Assembly (NCBI GenBank): GCA_951406725.2
Contig: OX597827.1
Span: forward strand, 8,680,001 to 8,744,000
Length of the DNA: 64,000 nt
Source of the DNA: Octopus vulgaris
Lineage: Eukaryota
Direction of reading: 5' to 3'
In this document: positions 27,041 through 38,739 of the stretch, one piece after another
Layout: each line of letters begins with the position of its first letter
Position numbering within the stretch: position 1 is the stretch's first letter
Program-made: the position numbers and the translations under genes
The notes under the pieces: model-generated
What the model saw: the letters and a program-made list of their open reading frames with translations, nothing else
Told to the model about the DNA's origin: nothing
Database searches by the model: none

Positions 27041-27377
27041 AAAAAAAAATATATATATATTCTTTTCCCTTGTTTATATATATTTTTTGTATGTATATTT
27101 GTAAGAAAAAAATCTTTTGCTATTTAAGCAACCAGTAAAACATATATTTTTCAGTTTGAAAACTGCTACTTTAAGCTTAAAACTCATATCAGAGTAACTC
27201 ACTGTAAACATTACTAAAATTAAATTAAAAATTATCCCCTCAAAAAAGCCATATCTACTCATTCTTTCAAAAACATATAATACTGTACCAAGAACTTTCT
27301 CTTTATTATTCTAATACCCACACACACATTTATTTATATTTATATATATATATATATATATAATGAAAAGTATGTAT

Positions 27378-28013
27378 CTTTTACTCTTTTACTTGTTTTC
27401 AGTCATTTGACTGTGGCTGTGCTGGAGCACCACCTTTAGTCGAGGAAATCGACCCCAGGACTTATTCTTTGTAAGCTTAGTACTTATTCTATCAGTCTTT
27501 TTTGTCGAACCGCTAAGTGACAGGGACATAAACACACCAGCATCAGTTGTTAAGCGATGTTGGGGGACAAACACAGACACACAAACATATACACACACAT
27601 ACATACATACATACACACACATATATATATGTTTATATATATATATATATATATATATTGGATCGTTAGCCCCCACACGCAATTTTTTCTCTCCTTGTTT
27701 CTTTTCTGTGTATCTTTCTGTCAAAGAGCGTAGGCTCGAAACGTAAAAGACTTTTTCTATTTCTATTCCTGAGTGCCATACTAATACATTGTTTGTTTGT
27801 ACTCCACCTGCCTTCATCTTTCGTTTATTTTCGTAAACCTTCCCGTTATATATATGTGTACATATATACGACAGGCTTCTTTCAGTTTCCGTCTACCAAA
27901 TCCACTCACAAGGCTTAGTAGAAGACACTTGCCCAAGGTGCCACGCATTGGGACTGAACCTGGAACCAGGTGGTTGGTAAACAAGCTACTTACCACACAG
28001 CCACTCCTGCGCC
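27378..28013 (-). mobile_element. SINE1 copy interrupted in its central (TA)n by a family-B element
   Basis: SINE1 3' half 27378-27600 and 5' half ~27860-28013 are collinear around the insert 27659-27848. Confidence 0.85.
27659..27848 (+). mobile_element. (TA)n-embedded element family B with decayed minimal hammerhead (27713-27750)
   Basis: TCTTT CTGTCAAA GAGC GTAG GCTC GAAAC GT A AAAGA: helix I and II intact, 5' core mutated. Confidence 0.65.
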
Positions 28014-29129
28014 TGTGTATGTGTGTGAATACATATATGTGTATACATATATATATATATTAATATTATATATGCGTGTTTGTGTGTGTGTGTATACATA
28101 AACACATATAGATACAAAAATATATACACAAGCACACTCAGCAAACACATGCACAGTGTCATCGAGACACAGCTTGAACAAAATTTTTATTAATTTGCTC
28201 ATATTTTCTAATGAATCATCAGTTTAATATTGCAAGGGATTGCTTTAATGTCCTTAACTAAATATTAAGCTGGGTGCAATGGGGGTATTGACTTCTTCAG
28301 AATCTCTCATCAAAATGAAGGATTTTAATTGGTTGTGTCAGAATATTAGACACGCCTGAATGAACACCTTGGTAATGAACTTGATTTCTTCGTCATGATT
28401 ACATTGTCAGCATGCGTGTGTGTGTGTGTGTGTGTGCACATGTTGACTGAAAGAAATGTAAACATAATTTTGGTAAGAAAGGTTGATGTCGATTCTGTTA
28501 TTAAATGTTTTGTGATAGTTCGTGGCAAATGTGAGAAGTGATTCGATAGGATATCTGAAATATATAGTTTGAATATATGACTATATCAATATGAAATGTA
28601 ATATATATATATGTGTGTATCTTTCTGTCTGACTCTGTTTCTGTCTCTCTTTCTCTCTCCCTCTCTCTCTCCCTCTCATTCTTTCTCTCTCCCTCTCATT
28701 CTTTCTCTCTCCCTCTCTCTCTCCCTCTCTCTCTCCCTCTCTCTCTCTGCCTCTCATTCTTTCTCTCTCCCTCTCATTCTTTCTCTCTCTCTCTCTCTCT
28801 CTTTCACACATACACACACACACATACATACACATTCTTTCATACATTCTAGCTCAAAGGCTGCAGCCATGCTGGAGCACCAATAGCTATAAATATTATA
28901 TATGTGAAAAGCTGCTGGAAAGTTCTTAGCGTTAGGTAAAAGAAAGTACAAGAAGACTGGTTGATTATAATTTTATTCACCATATTCCCCTCTCAGATTC
29001 ACGCATTTAATGCAACAGAACTTGAGCTTTTCTGAGCCCTGTAGAAGAACTCAGAAGGTTGGGATCTCCAAACAGACTTTTGTGAAACCCTTAAAGCCAA
29101 GAACTTTCCTGCACCTATCGTGTAAAAAG

Positions 29130-29490
29130 TATCCAGTCCACACTGTGAAGTGGTTGGCATTTGGAAGGGCATCCAGCTGTAATGACCATGCCAAGACAGA
29201 CACAGAAGCCAGGGGTAGTTTCCCACCTGACTGGCTCTTGTCAAACCGTCCAACCCATGTCAGCATGGAATGCAGATGTTAAACGTTGATGGTGTTGTTG
29301 TTGATGATGATCGTGATGATGATGATGTTGATGGTGGTGGTGGTGGTGGTGGTGGTGATGAGGAGGAGGCAGAGGGGTGAGGAGGAGGCGGAGGGGTGAG
29401 GAAGAGGAGGGGTGAGGAGTGGGTGTGGGAGGAGGAGGAGGAGGAGGAGAAGAAGAAGAAGAAGGAAAATAATAATAATAATAATAATAA

Positions 29491-29521
<31 letters not shown>

Positions 29522-29640
29522 AAGAAGAAGAAGAAGAAGATGAAGAAGAAGATGAAGAAGAGAAAGATGAAGAAGAAGAAGAAGAAGAAGAAGAAGAAGA
29601 AGAAGAAGAAGAAGAAGAAGAAGAAGAAGAAGAAAAATAA
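29130..29640 (+). repeat. RTE-type tail running into a compound trinucleotide array (GAT/GGT/GAG/AAT/AAG)
   Basis: Tail ...catggaatgcagatgttaaac is followed by successive trinucleotide blocks. Confidence 0.85.
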
Positions 29641-29997
29641 TCTATACAGCTGTATAGTTGAGAAGTTTACTTCTGAACATCATGGTCTGGGTTATCTCTT
29701 ATCTTTTATTTTTTGTATTTTACATGTTTCAGTCACTGGTCTATGGGCATAATGGGTCACTACCTTAAAGGGTTAGTTAAACAAATTGACCCCAGTGCTT
29801 TTTTTTTGTTTTTTTTTAAGGCTTAGTAAGTTTGGTATTTATTCTGTTAGTCTTTTTTGCCGAACACTAAGTTATAGGGAAGTAAACAAACCAACACTGA
29901 CTGGGAAGCAGGGGGGAATGGCAGACAAACACAAACACACACACACACATCAGTATTTGTTTTTATGTTCAGTTTTAATAAAGCCAATCTTGCCCCG

Positions 29998-30147
29998 CTA
30001 TGGTCTTACCACTAAGAAAGGAATGTTCTCAAGAAAATTTAGCAAAGGCCAGAATGTAAGTGAGCAAGACAAATGAAAAGATACAAAATATACAGATTAG
30101 TCACAAATTTTCTTGAGAACATTTCTTTCTTAGTGGTAAGACCATAG
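29998..30147. mobile_element. MITE with 43-bp terminal inverted repeats
   Basis: 29998-30040 vs 30105-30147, one mismatch; TA lies just outside TGGTC/GACCA. Confidence 0.8.
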
Positions 30148-30240
30148 GGGATCGACGTCTAGCATAATGGATGTCCACTTAGTGGTCATCCATCTTATAT
30201 GTATGTAATATATATATATACATGTATATATACATATAAA

Positions 30241-30440
30241 GTTAATCCAAACAAGAAAGCACAAAAAAAACACAACAACGTGAGGACATGGAACAAATAT
30301 AGTATTATTGGACGCTCAGGAAAGAAGGAGGGTTTAACGTTTCGAGCGGAGTTCTTCGTCGGAAACATAGGAGAAGGAAAGATCCAGAGAAGGGAAGACA
30401 GAGGGAAACAAATTGCCAACGGTACACATGAGGTCGCTTG
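30241..30440 (-). mobile_element. Family C element with minimal hammerhead motif (30332-30366)
   Basis: Minus strand GTTT CCGACGA A GAAC TCC GCTC GAAAC GTT AAAC; palindrome AACGTT; same TA-anchored end as 16256. Confidence 0.75.
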
Positions 30441-31133
30441 AGAAGATACAACAAGCTAAGTAAAAACATGGTTGACCTTGCATTCAGAGGGATGACCCTG
30501 CCATCCTTCTTCGGCTGAGCATTCCTAATCTTGCAGGCTTGTGGGTGCTGGTGCCACATGAAAAGCACCTGTGTTGGTGCCATGTAAATGCACTCATGCC
30601 AGTGCTGCATAAGAGCACCCAGTACACTCTGTAAAATGGTTGGCATTAGGAAGGGCATCCAGTTGTGGAAACCATGCCAACACAGACGTGAAGCTTGGGC
30701 AGCTCTTCAGCTGGTCAGCTCTTATCAAACCGTCCAGCCTATGCCGGCATGGAAAACGGACATTAAAAGATGATGATGATGATGTATATAGACACACACA
30801 CACACACACACACAAACACACAAACACACACAAACACACAAACACACAAACACACACAAATATATAAATGCGTGAGTCTTTGAGTATGTGTTTGATAACA
30901 TGTGTTGGTTTGTTTACATCCCAGTAACTTAGTGAATCAGCAAAAGAGACTGATAGAATAAGTACCATTTTTTAAAAAACAGAAGCAATGGGGTCGATTT
31001 GTTGATCAAGATAGTGTCCCAGTAAGGCTGCAATCCAATCACCGAAACATGTAAAAAACAATAAAAAGAGTAAAAGATTTAATAGACAATATAAATAAAT
31101 TTCATGGAAAGATTTAAAATCCAATATATTAAA

Positions 31134-31509
31134 CTAGCACTATGACCCGGCAACACCGGGTCATAGTGCTAGTGCATGCATATACAGCTGCGTGCATGCG
31201 CACATACATGCGAGTATTGTCCAAATCTCCGACCAATCACATACAGCTAGAAGGCATTCAATTAGCGTATCAAGTTTCGGGAATTTTGATTGGGATTTGG
31301 AAAGAAAATTCACAAAAAAGTCACTTCTATTGATTGTTTAATGGCTTTGCGGGGTGACTGGGGAAATGTAAAGATGTGCACGACCACCCTTAGATGGTTT
31401 TGAATGACCATAGAAAGTGCGAACCCTCTAACTGAAAAATTGTGGATTTGTATAAAGGATAGACACACACACACACAGACAGACATTTTGCCGTTTATAT
31501 ATATAGAGA
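31134..31509 (-). mobile_element. Non-autonomous Helitron-like element
   Basis: Minus strand starts A|TCTCTATATATATAAAC and ends CTAG|T, with an 18-bp perfect hairpin actagcactatgacccgg-caaca-ccgggtcatagtgctagt at the 3' end. Confidence 0.75.
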
Positions 31510-31786
31510 TGATAGCTCCATTTAATAATGGAATTAAAGTACAGCTTATAATATAATCTAAAAGTCTGCTCAGCAAAGAAATCATTTATATATAAAATAA
31601 TTGGCTTTGAAAATCATTAATACCTGCCAGAATAATGAAATGCAGATTAAACTTTTGTAAAAAGATAATACTGAAAATATAGTATTAATACCTGTGATCA
31701 TAATTAAAAGTAAGTTGAAGACATAAAGCAGTCGTCACTGTTTTAGTTGCCATCGTTTTTGTTTTAGCATTTTTATTTTCTTACAG

Positions 31787-31825
31787 GTGGGAGTTATATG
31801 AATATGTAATTCAGCAACTCACATG
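31787..31825 (+). CDS. Candidate 39-nt micro-exon of an unidentified host gene (xWELYEYVIQQLTx)
   Basis: Strong acceptor ttttattttcttacag|, donor ATG|gtaact, length divisible by 3, open phase-2 frame, in non-repeat sequence. No homology confirmed. Confidence 0.4.
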
Positions 31826-31898
31826 GTAACTGAATCTTGTGATATTCCAACAAAAGACTGTACAAGAATGATGATAATGATGAGTTCCAATATTTTAA

Positions 31899-32234
31899 CC
31901 CTTTAGTATTTAAACCGGCCATATCCGGCCAAAATAGTTAATCTGTTTTATGTTCAAACTGACCAGATCCAGGCTCTCACACCTACCCTACAATGTTATT
32001 CTACATTAAGTAATTACACCATCAAGATCTTGAAGATATATCCGGCCAAAATGTTTAATCTGTTTTATGTTCAAACTGACCAGATCCAGGCTCTCACACC
32101 TACCCTACAATGTTATTCTACATTAGGTAATTACACCATCAAGATCTTGAAGATATGAGATAATGCATGATTAATTCAAATCAATGGGAATCAATAAGCT
32201 TTATCTTTGATAGAATAATCAGAACACTAAAGGG
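31899..32234. mobile_element. piggyBac-like MITE with internal 117-bp tandem duplication
   Basis: TTAA|CCCTTTAGT ... ACTAAAGGG|TTAA; the unit starting atatccggccaaaat occurs at 31921 and 32038; decayed relative at ~5980-6130. Confidence 0.85.
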
Positions 32235-32238
32235 TTAA

Positions 32239-32620
32239 ATCCGGGTTTGTCCTTGTTAACGGGTGTGGCCGGATCTACCTCACTCTTACAGCAACCATTC
32301 TCACACCATCCTGCCATCTCACCTGGTTTTGGGCATCCTCCATCCTCAAGCCAACCCTCCCAATCTCCTCCTCTACCTGTCCCCTCAACGTTTTCTGGGG
32401 TCGGCCCCACTTTCATGGTGCATTCACTTTAAACTCAAGCACTCTCCTCAGAACCTGATCCTCATCCCTCCTCAATACATGTCCATACCACCACACTCCA
32501 TTCACCTTTCGACTGATTCCTTCATCCCCAGCATCCCCATCAAGTCCTCAGCCTTCCTTTTATCCAATAGTTTCACACCACACATTGCTCTCATCATTGC
32601 TCTCTCAGCTTTTTTCTGAA
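32239..32620 (-). mobile_element. RTE-clade LINE 3' fragment
   Basis: Minus translation AERAMMRAMCGVKLLDKRKAEDLMGMLG...WWYGHVLRRDEDQVLRRVLEFKV...GRPQKT...QVRWQDGV, with a frameshift and stops. Confidence 0.85.
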
Positions 32621-32952
32621 TCATTTCACACTAAACTTTACCCAGTTTGTATGTATGTATGTATGTATGTATGTATGTATGTATGTATGTATGTGTGTGT
32701 GTGTATGTATGTATGTATGGGTGCAAATATGATTATGTAGTTAAGAAACTTGCTCTGCAACATGTTTTTGGTTTCAGTCCCACTGTATGGCACCTTAGGT
32801 GAGTGTCTTCTACTATAGCCCTGGGCTGACCCAAACCTTGTAAGGGGATCTGACAGTTGGAAACTGAAATAAGTCCATCATGTCTGAGTGTGCGTGTGTG
32901 TGTGTGTGCGTGCGTGTGTGTGTGTCTTTGTTTGCTTGTTTGTGCTTGTTCT

Positions 32953-33224
32953 CATCATCATCATCATCATCATCATCATCGTTTAACGTCCGCTTTCCAT
33001 GCTAGCATGGGTTGGACTGTTCAACTGGGGTCTGGGAAGCCCGAAGGCTGCACCAGGCTCCAGTCTGATCTGGCAGTGTTTCTACAGCTGGATGCCCTTC
33101 CTAATGCCAACCACTCTGAGAGTGTAGTGGGTGCTTTTTACGTGCCACCGACACAGGTGCCAGACGAGGCTGGCGAACGGCCACGCTCGGATGGTGCTTT
33201 TTACGTGCCACCGGCACGGAGGCC
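32953..33224 (-). mobile_element. Young RTE-type 3' UTR nested in an old SINE1 copy (~32720-33400, +)
   Basis: (CAT)n plus the canonical tail; flanks match SINE1 halves. Confidence 0.8.
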
Positions 33225-33955
33225 TTCACTCCACTATTTGATAATTGGTCTTGAATTGTTTATACCCTAGTAACATTGCAGTTCAGCAACAGAAATCAAT
33301 AGAATTAATAACAAGTTTAAAAATAAATACTGGGTTTGCTTTGATAAACTAAACCCTTCAAGGCTGCAGTCCAATGACTAAAACAGGTAAAAGGCAAAAA
33401 ATAAATAATAGGAAAGTAGCATTGTACAGTATGAAGAAAGTATGAAGACTTCTTTACAGTTAGGACTACTATGTAACCAGTGTAAAATATGTGCATAGAA
33501 CAGATACAGCTGCCGTTTAGGCTTTCTGGGAAATCACTATGGAATACATTTTATTTCAAAATAGCAACATCATTCTATTTGTAAAAGCTGATATTATCTT
33601 TGATTTGGTTGATAACAAATTTCAAGACACAAAACTACTTCCTGATAAAGACTGGAATGCAAGTCCTTTGCTAATTGCACATGGAACAAAATAGTTGAAC
33701 TGATATTACAAGCTATTATTTCTTCAATAACCAAATAAGATGAGTCACTACATTCTATAAGAAAGACTTACATGTTTGCATATATGTAGCATGATGTGTT
33801 GAATCACAACTGCATATCAAATCAATGCTTGATTCTTGTTTCCTAGTTTTGAACATATGACTGTGTTTCTAACCATTAGCATAATGTTATTTGCTTGACA
33901 TAAAACAATGACAAATTCGAAACCATAATACGAAAATAAATCCACTATTTATACC

Positions 33956-34352
33956 GGATCTTTTCGGTTTGAACGGCAGTTTTTAACATAATTTCTAGGT
34001 AACTAAAAAATTTTAAACTTTGTATACTGGTAGAATGTGTTTATAAAACATCTTTTTCTCTTGGCTTTATTGAGAAAATTCTATAGTTTGTAAGATATTT
34101 GTTGTTTTTTTTTCTTCAATTTCTGTAATTTCAACCAATCAGTGACATCTATTGAGTTAAAAAGCATTCTGTGCTGTATGAATATGTCCCTCGTTTAAGA
34201 AACAGATTGGGTTTATTTACATTTGTGAAGAAAAAAAGATACCCTCTCCCCACCCCTAACCCTAACCCTAACCCTAAAACAGATTGAAATGCATTAGATC
34301 GATACTAGGGTCATAATTTCATATGACACCGCTGTTCAAACTGCAAAGATCC
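33956..34352. mobile_element. 397-bp MITE with 8-bp TSD and GG-initiated TIRs (Merlin-like), containing (CCCTAA)4
   Basis: Perfect TSD tttatacc (33948-55 / 34353-60); TIRs ggatcttttcggtttgaacggc / gctgttcaaactgcaaagatcc; telomere-type repeats at 34254-34277. Confidence 0.85.
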
Positions 34353-34970
34353 TTTATACCTATAACATGATGAAAAAATATTTCAAATTCCATCGTTTGA
34401 TATGTTTAAATGGTTAAAAAAATACTGCTTTAGAGAGCATTTTGTTCCTTCTTTCATAATCAGATATTTTTCAAACAAAAATGTTTTCTTTGTTTATTGT
34501 TATCTCCCCATCAACAGCAGAAAATCTCATGTCATTTCTTCGTTTTTCGACCATAATGTCAAAGATAATAACAGGCTTGTTAGAGATTATGAAGACATAT
34601 ATTTGTCTGATCTTTCACAAGTGACTAACGAATTAATGAATTTTAATTACTGGAAAGTTGCCTGTGCGGTTAAAAAGCTTGCAGTGAAATCTTATGGTTT
34701 GGGGTTCAGTCTCACAGAGTGGCATCTTTAGCAAGTGTCTTCAGAAAGTACTGGTTGAATTCACTCACAAAGCATAGCTCAGTGAGCCGACAAATGTTTT
34801 GTGAGTGAATTTGGTAGACGGAAATTGTGTGGAAGCCTGTCGTGTGTGTATGTGTGTGTATGTTCTTTTCACTGTTCATAAGTTGAACAACAAGGGTTAG
34901 AGATTTGTCTTGGCACTGGGTATCAAAGAACCTTGACTCTCCTTTCATTACTTTACATTTATCTTTGTAA

Positions 34971-35013
<43 letters not shown>

Positions 35014-35235
35014 TTCTATTTCAAATTCCACCAAGGTCGACTTTGCCTTTCATCCTTTCTGGGATCAATAAAATAAGTACCAGTTGAGTCCTGGTTTCAA
35101 TGTAATTGACATTCCCTCTCCTAAAATTGCTGGCCTTGTGCCAAAATTTGAGATCATTATTACTATTGAATGCAATGAGCTGGCAGAATGATTACCACTC
35201 CAGAAAAAAATGCTTAATGGTATTTCTTCTTGTTA

Positions 35236-35465
35236 GGCGGCGAGCTGGCAGAAGCGTTAGCACCCCGGGCGAAATGCATAGCCGTATTTCGTCTGCCGTT
35301 ACGTTCTGAGTTCAAATCCGCCAAGGTCGACTTTGCCTTTCATCCTTTCGGTGTCGATAAATTAAGTACCAGTTACGCACTGGGGTCGATGTAATCGACT
35401 TAATCCGTTTGTCTGTCCTTGTTTGTCTCCTCTGTGTTTAGCCCCTTGTGGGTAGTAAAGAAATA
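35236..35465 (+). mobile_element. Young SINE2 copy nested in an older SINE2-like copy
   Basis: 16-bp TSD ggtatttcttcttgtt (35219-34 / 35466-81); the flanks are degenerate SINE2. Confidence 0.92.
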
Positions 35466-36013
35466 GGTATTTCTTCTTGTTTTACATTCTGAGTACAAAT
35501 GTTGCTGAGGGTGATTTTGTTTTACATCCTTTAAAGTTCAATAACACTGGGGCTAATATAAAATTTCAGGCCTTTTTGTCCCACAAAATTTCAGGCCTTG
35601 TACTTATTGTAGAAAGATTTATTATCATTGGGGGAGAAAAACATGTCACATACACACACATAAATATTCACACATACATACCTACCTACATACATACATG
35701 CATACACATGCACACACATACAAACACATAGACATTCACACATACAAACACATACACACACAAACATTCATGCATACATACATACACACACATAAACATT
35801 CACACATACATACACACACACATAAACATTCGCACATACATATATACACACATGCATGCATACATACATATACACATACATACATACACACATACATACA
35901 TACATATATACATACATACACACAAACATATACACATACACACAAGCATACATACGTACATACATACATACATACACACAAGCATACATCCATCCATCCA
36001 TACATACATACAA

Positions 36014-36044
<31 letters not shown>

Positions 36045-36849
36045 TAGGCTTCCACTCAGTTTCCATTTACTACATTTACTCACAAAGTAATATCGGCCCG
36101 AGGCTATAGCAAAAGACACTTTCTAATGGTGGGATTGAACCCAATCACATGCTGGCAAAACAAGCTTCTTAACCATGCAGCGATGACTGCATTTATATGT
36201 ATAAGAGAATTTAAAACAGATTCTGGAATTTACTTAATGTGAATTTTTTTTAAATTATTTTTTTATTATCAGATAATATTCTTTAAACTTCAGAATGTTT
36301 ATTTTGCTTATTTCTCTACCGAGTAATTACCTCGTCACAAACATGTATTCATTAATTCTTGCACTCACAATGTAAGGTTTATATATTCCATCTTTTGAAC
36401 TTTGTAAATATATATATATATTTTTTTTTCTTTTTGTCCCAGATTTTTTTTTCTTGTGCCTTTAGCAGCTAATTAACTGATATTCATTATACTGCATTCA
36501 TATTTCTCATTTGCATAAATATGCATTTAGGAAAAATAAAAAATAAAAAAAAATATATAAACTTCTTTCGCTATAACAACAAAGCAAATTGCTGAGGTAG
36601 CCCATTATTCAGGAAGTTTACTAAAAAAGGTATCTCAGATCTAGAACATTTTACATATTTTCTTGTATCATAACCATGACTTAAAGGGCTGAAGCTATCG
36701 TAATCCAGTAAATCTGATTTAGCTTTCAAGCTAATTTGCTTGGTTGTCATGACATCTGCAATCACTGATCTGGTCTATTCTCAAACAGCTAATGGACCAG
36801 AAAGACATATTCATTATGGGAGGAGATGGTCTTGAACTTAAGCAAAGCA

Positions 36850-37165
36850 GATTGCATGATGCTTACAGACCTAATTGATGTGGTAGCATTCAAAGTACCT
36901 TGTTCCAGTGAAGCACTTTGATTGCTATTTTGACTAGACAAAGCACTCGACTTTCCCAGCCGTCAGCAAAAATGTTACAAACTTTGAGGCTGTTTAAGCT
37001 ATCATTAAAATATCCTTCTAATGCTAGTCACCTCGTGAACTCTGGCAACTGGCAAGTTCCCGTAAAGAAGAGCATTTGGTATCTGAATGGTCTCCATTTA
37101 AACAAAGTGTCCATCTGGAACTGGAATTTCTTCACATGTTTGGCCATACCATATCCAGGTCTTAT
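36850..37165 (-). mobile_element. Highly decayed RTE-clade LINE C-terminal fragment
   Basis: Across frameshifts: QIPNALLYG/ELASCQSSRG...GYFNDSLNSLKVCNIFADGWES, resembling the RTE motif IPKxLLYGELxxGxRSRG...SLKxCNI...WE. Confidence 0.6.
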
Positions 37166-37182
37166 TATCATGTATTTATATA

Positions 37183-37270
37183 TACATACATACATACATA
37201 CATACATACATACATACATGCATACATACATACATACATACATACATACATACATACATACATACATACA

Positions 37271-37304
<34 letters not shown>

Positions 37305-37379
37305 CAGACAGACAGACAGACAAATAGATAGACAGACAGATAGATAGATAGATAGATAGATAAATAAATAAATAAATAA

Positions 37380-37415
<36 letters not shown>

Positions 37416-37444
37416 GTAGGTAGATAGGTAGGTTAATAGGTAGG

Positions 37445-37511
<67 letters not shown>

Positions 37512-37516
37512 TAGGT

Positions 37517-37580
<64 letters not shown>
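37183..37580. repeat. (TACA)n followed by (GATA)n microsatellites
   Basis: Direct inspection. Confidence 0.95.
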
Positions 37581-37581
<1 letters not shown>

Positions 37582-38304
37582 CAACTTTCCTTATTGACCA
37601 CACAGGGCTGAACACAGAGGAGGCAAATACAAATGTAGAGTTTTTGTTTACGAAAATGGAAAAGAAAAAGGGGAAAATAGGGAACAAATGTAAAATTCCG
37701 ATCAAATGGGATTAGGAAAAACAAAAGATAGATAGATAGATAGATCAATGGATAGCTATAGACATATGCATGTATGTGTGTGTATGATTGTATATACATA
37801 TGTGTAGAAGTACAAGTCTACGTATGCATTTTCATATGTATGTACATACTAGAGATGTAGGAGTGTATCTACTTATAAATACATGTATGAGTGCTTCTTT
37901 GTTTTGCAAGTATCTATGCGTGAAAATATATTTTTTATTGTATTTACAACTTAAGGGCATTCTTTTAACATAAACACATGCACTGGTTGTAATACATCCT
38001 TTCTTTTATTAATTAATTAAGCTATTCATACATTTATTGATTGGTTTGTCATGTCTTTCACTAAACAACTACCCTCTTCTCAATGATACCCAGCCCTCCA
38101 ATTGTCCTCGCTTCCTTTTCCACATTTAGTATTTATAAGCGTTTAATAATGTGTGTGTTTGTGTGAGCGTGATTGAAATTGAGAGAGAATGACATGTAGG
38201 TGCATGTGTGTGTGTGTGTGTATATGTATGTATGTGCAAAAGTGTGTAATGGTAAGCAGCCACATGTTCATGTGAGCATTGGTTTCCTAAATGATAGCAA
38301 GTGT

Positions 38305-38427
38305 TCTTATTCTATTGGTCTCTTTTGCTGAACCGCTAAGTTACGGTGACATAAACACACCAGAATCGGTTGTCAAGCAATGCTAGAGGGACAAACACAG
38401 ACACACAAATATATACACACACATACT

Positions 38428-38475
<48 letters not shown>

Positions 38476-38629
38476 CGACGGGCTTCTTTCAGTTTCCATC
38501 TACCAAATCCACTCACAAGGCTTTGATTGGCCCGAGGCTATAGTAGAAGACACTTGCCCAAGGTGCCACACAGTGGGACTGAACCCGGAACCATGTGGAT
38601 GGTAAACAAGCTACTTACCACACAGCCAC
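38305..38629 (-). mobile_element. SINE family 1 copy (ends truncated)
   Basis: Matches SINE1. Confidence 0.85.
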
Positions 38630-38739
38630 ATTTTCATTTTCAATTATTTTTGTGTAACTTTAAGCAATTTCCACTCATATACACTCACATGTGAATGTGT
38701 ATATATGTGTGTATGTATATATATATATATATATATATA

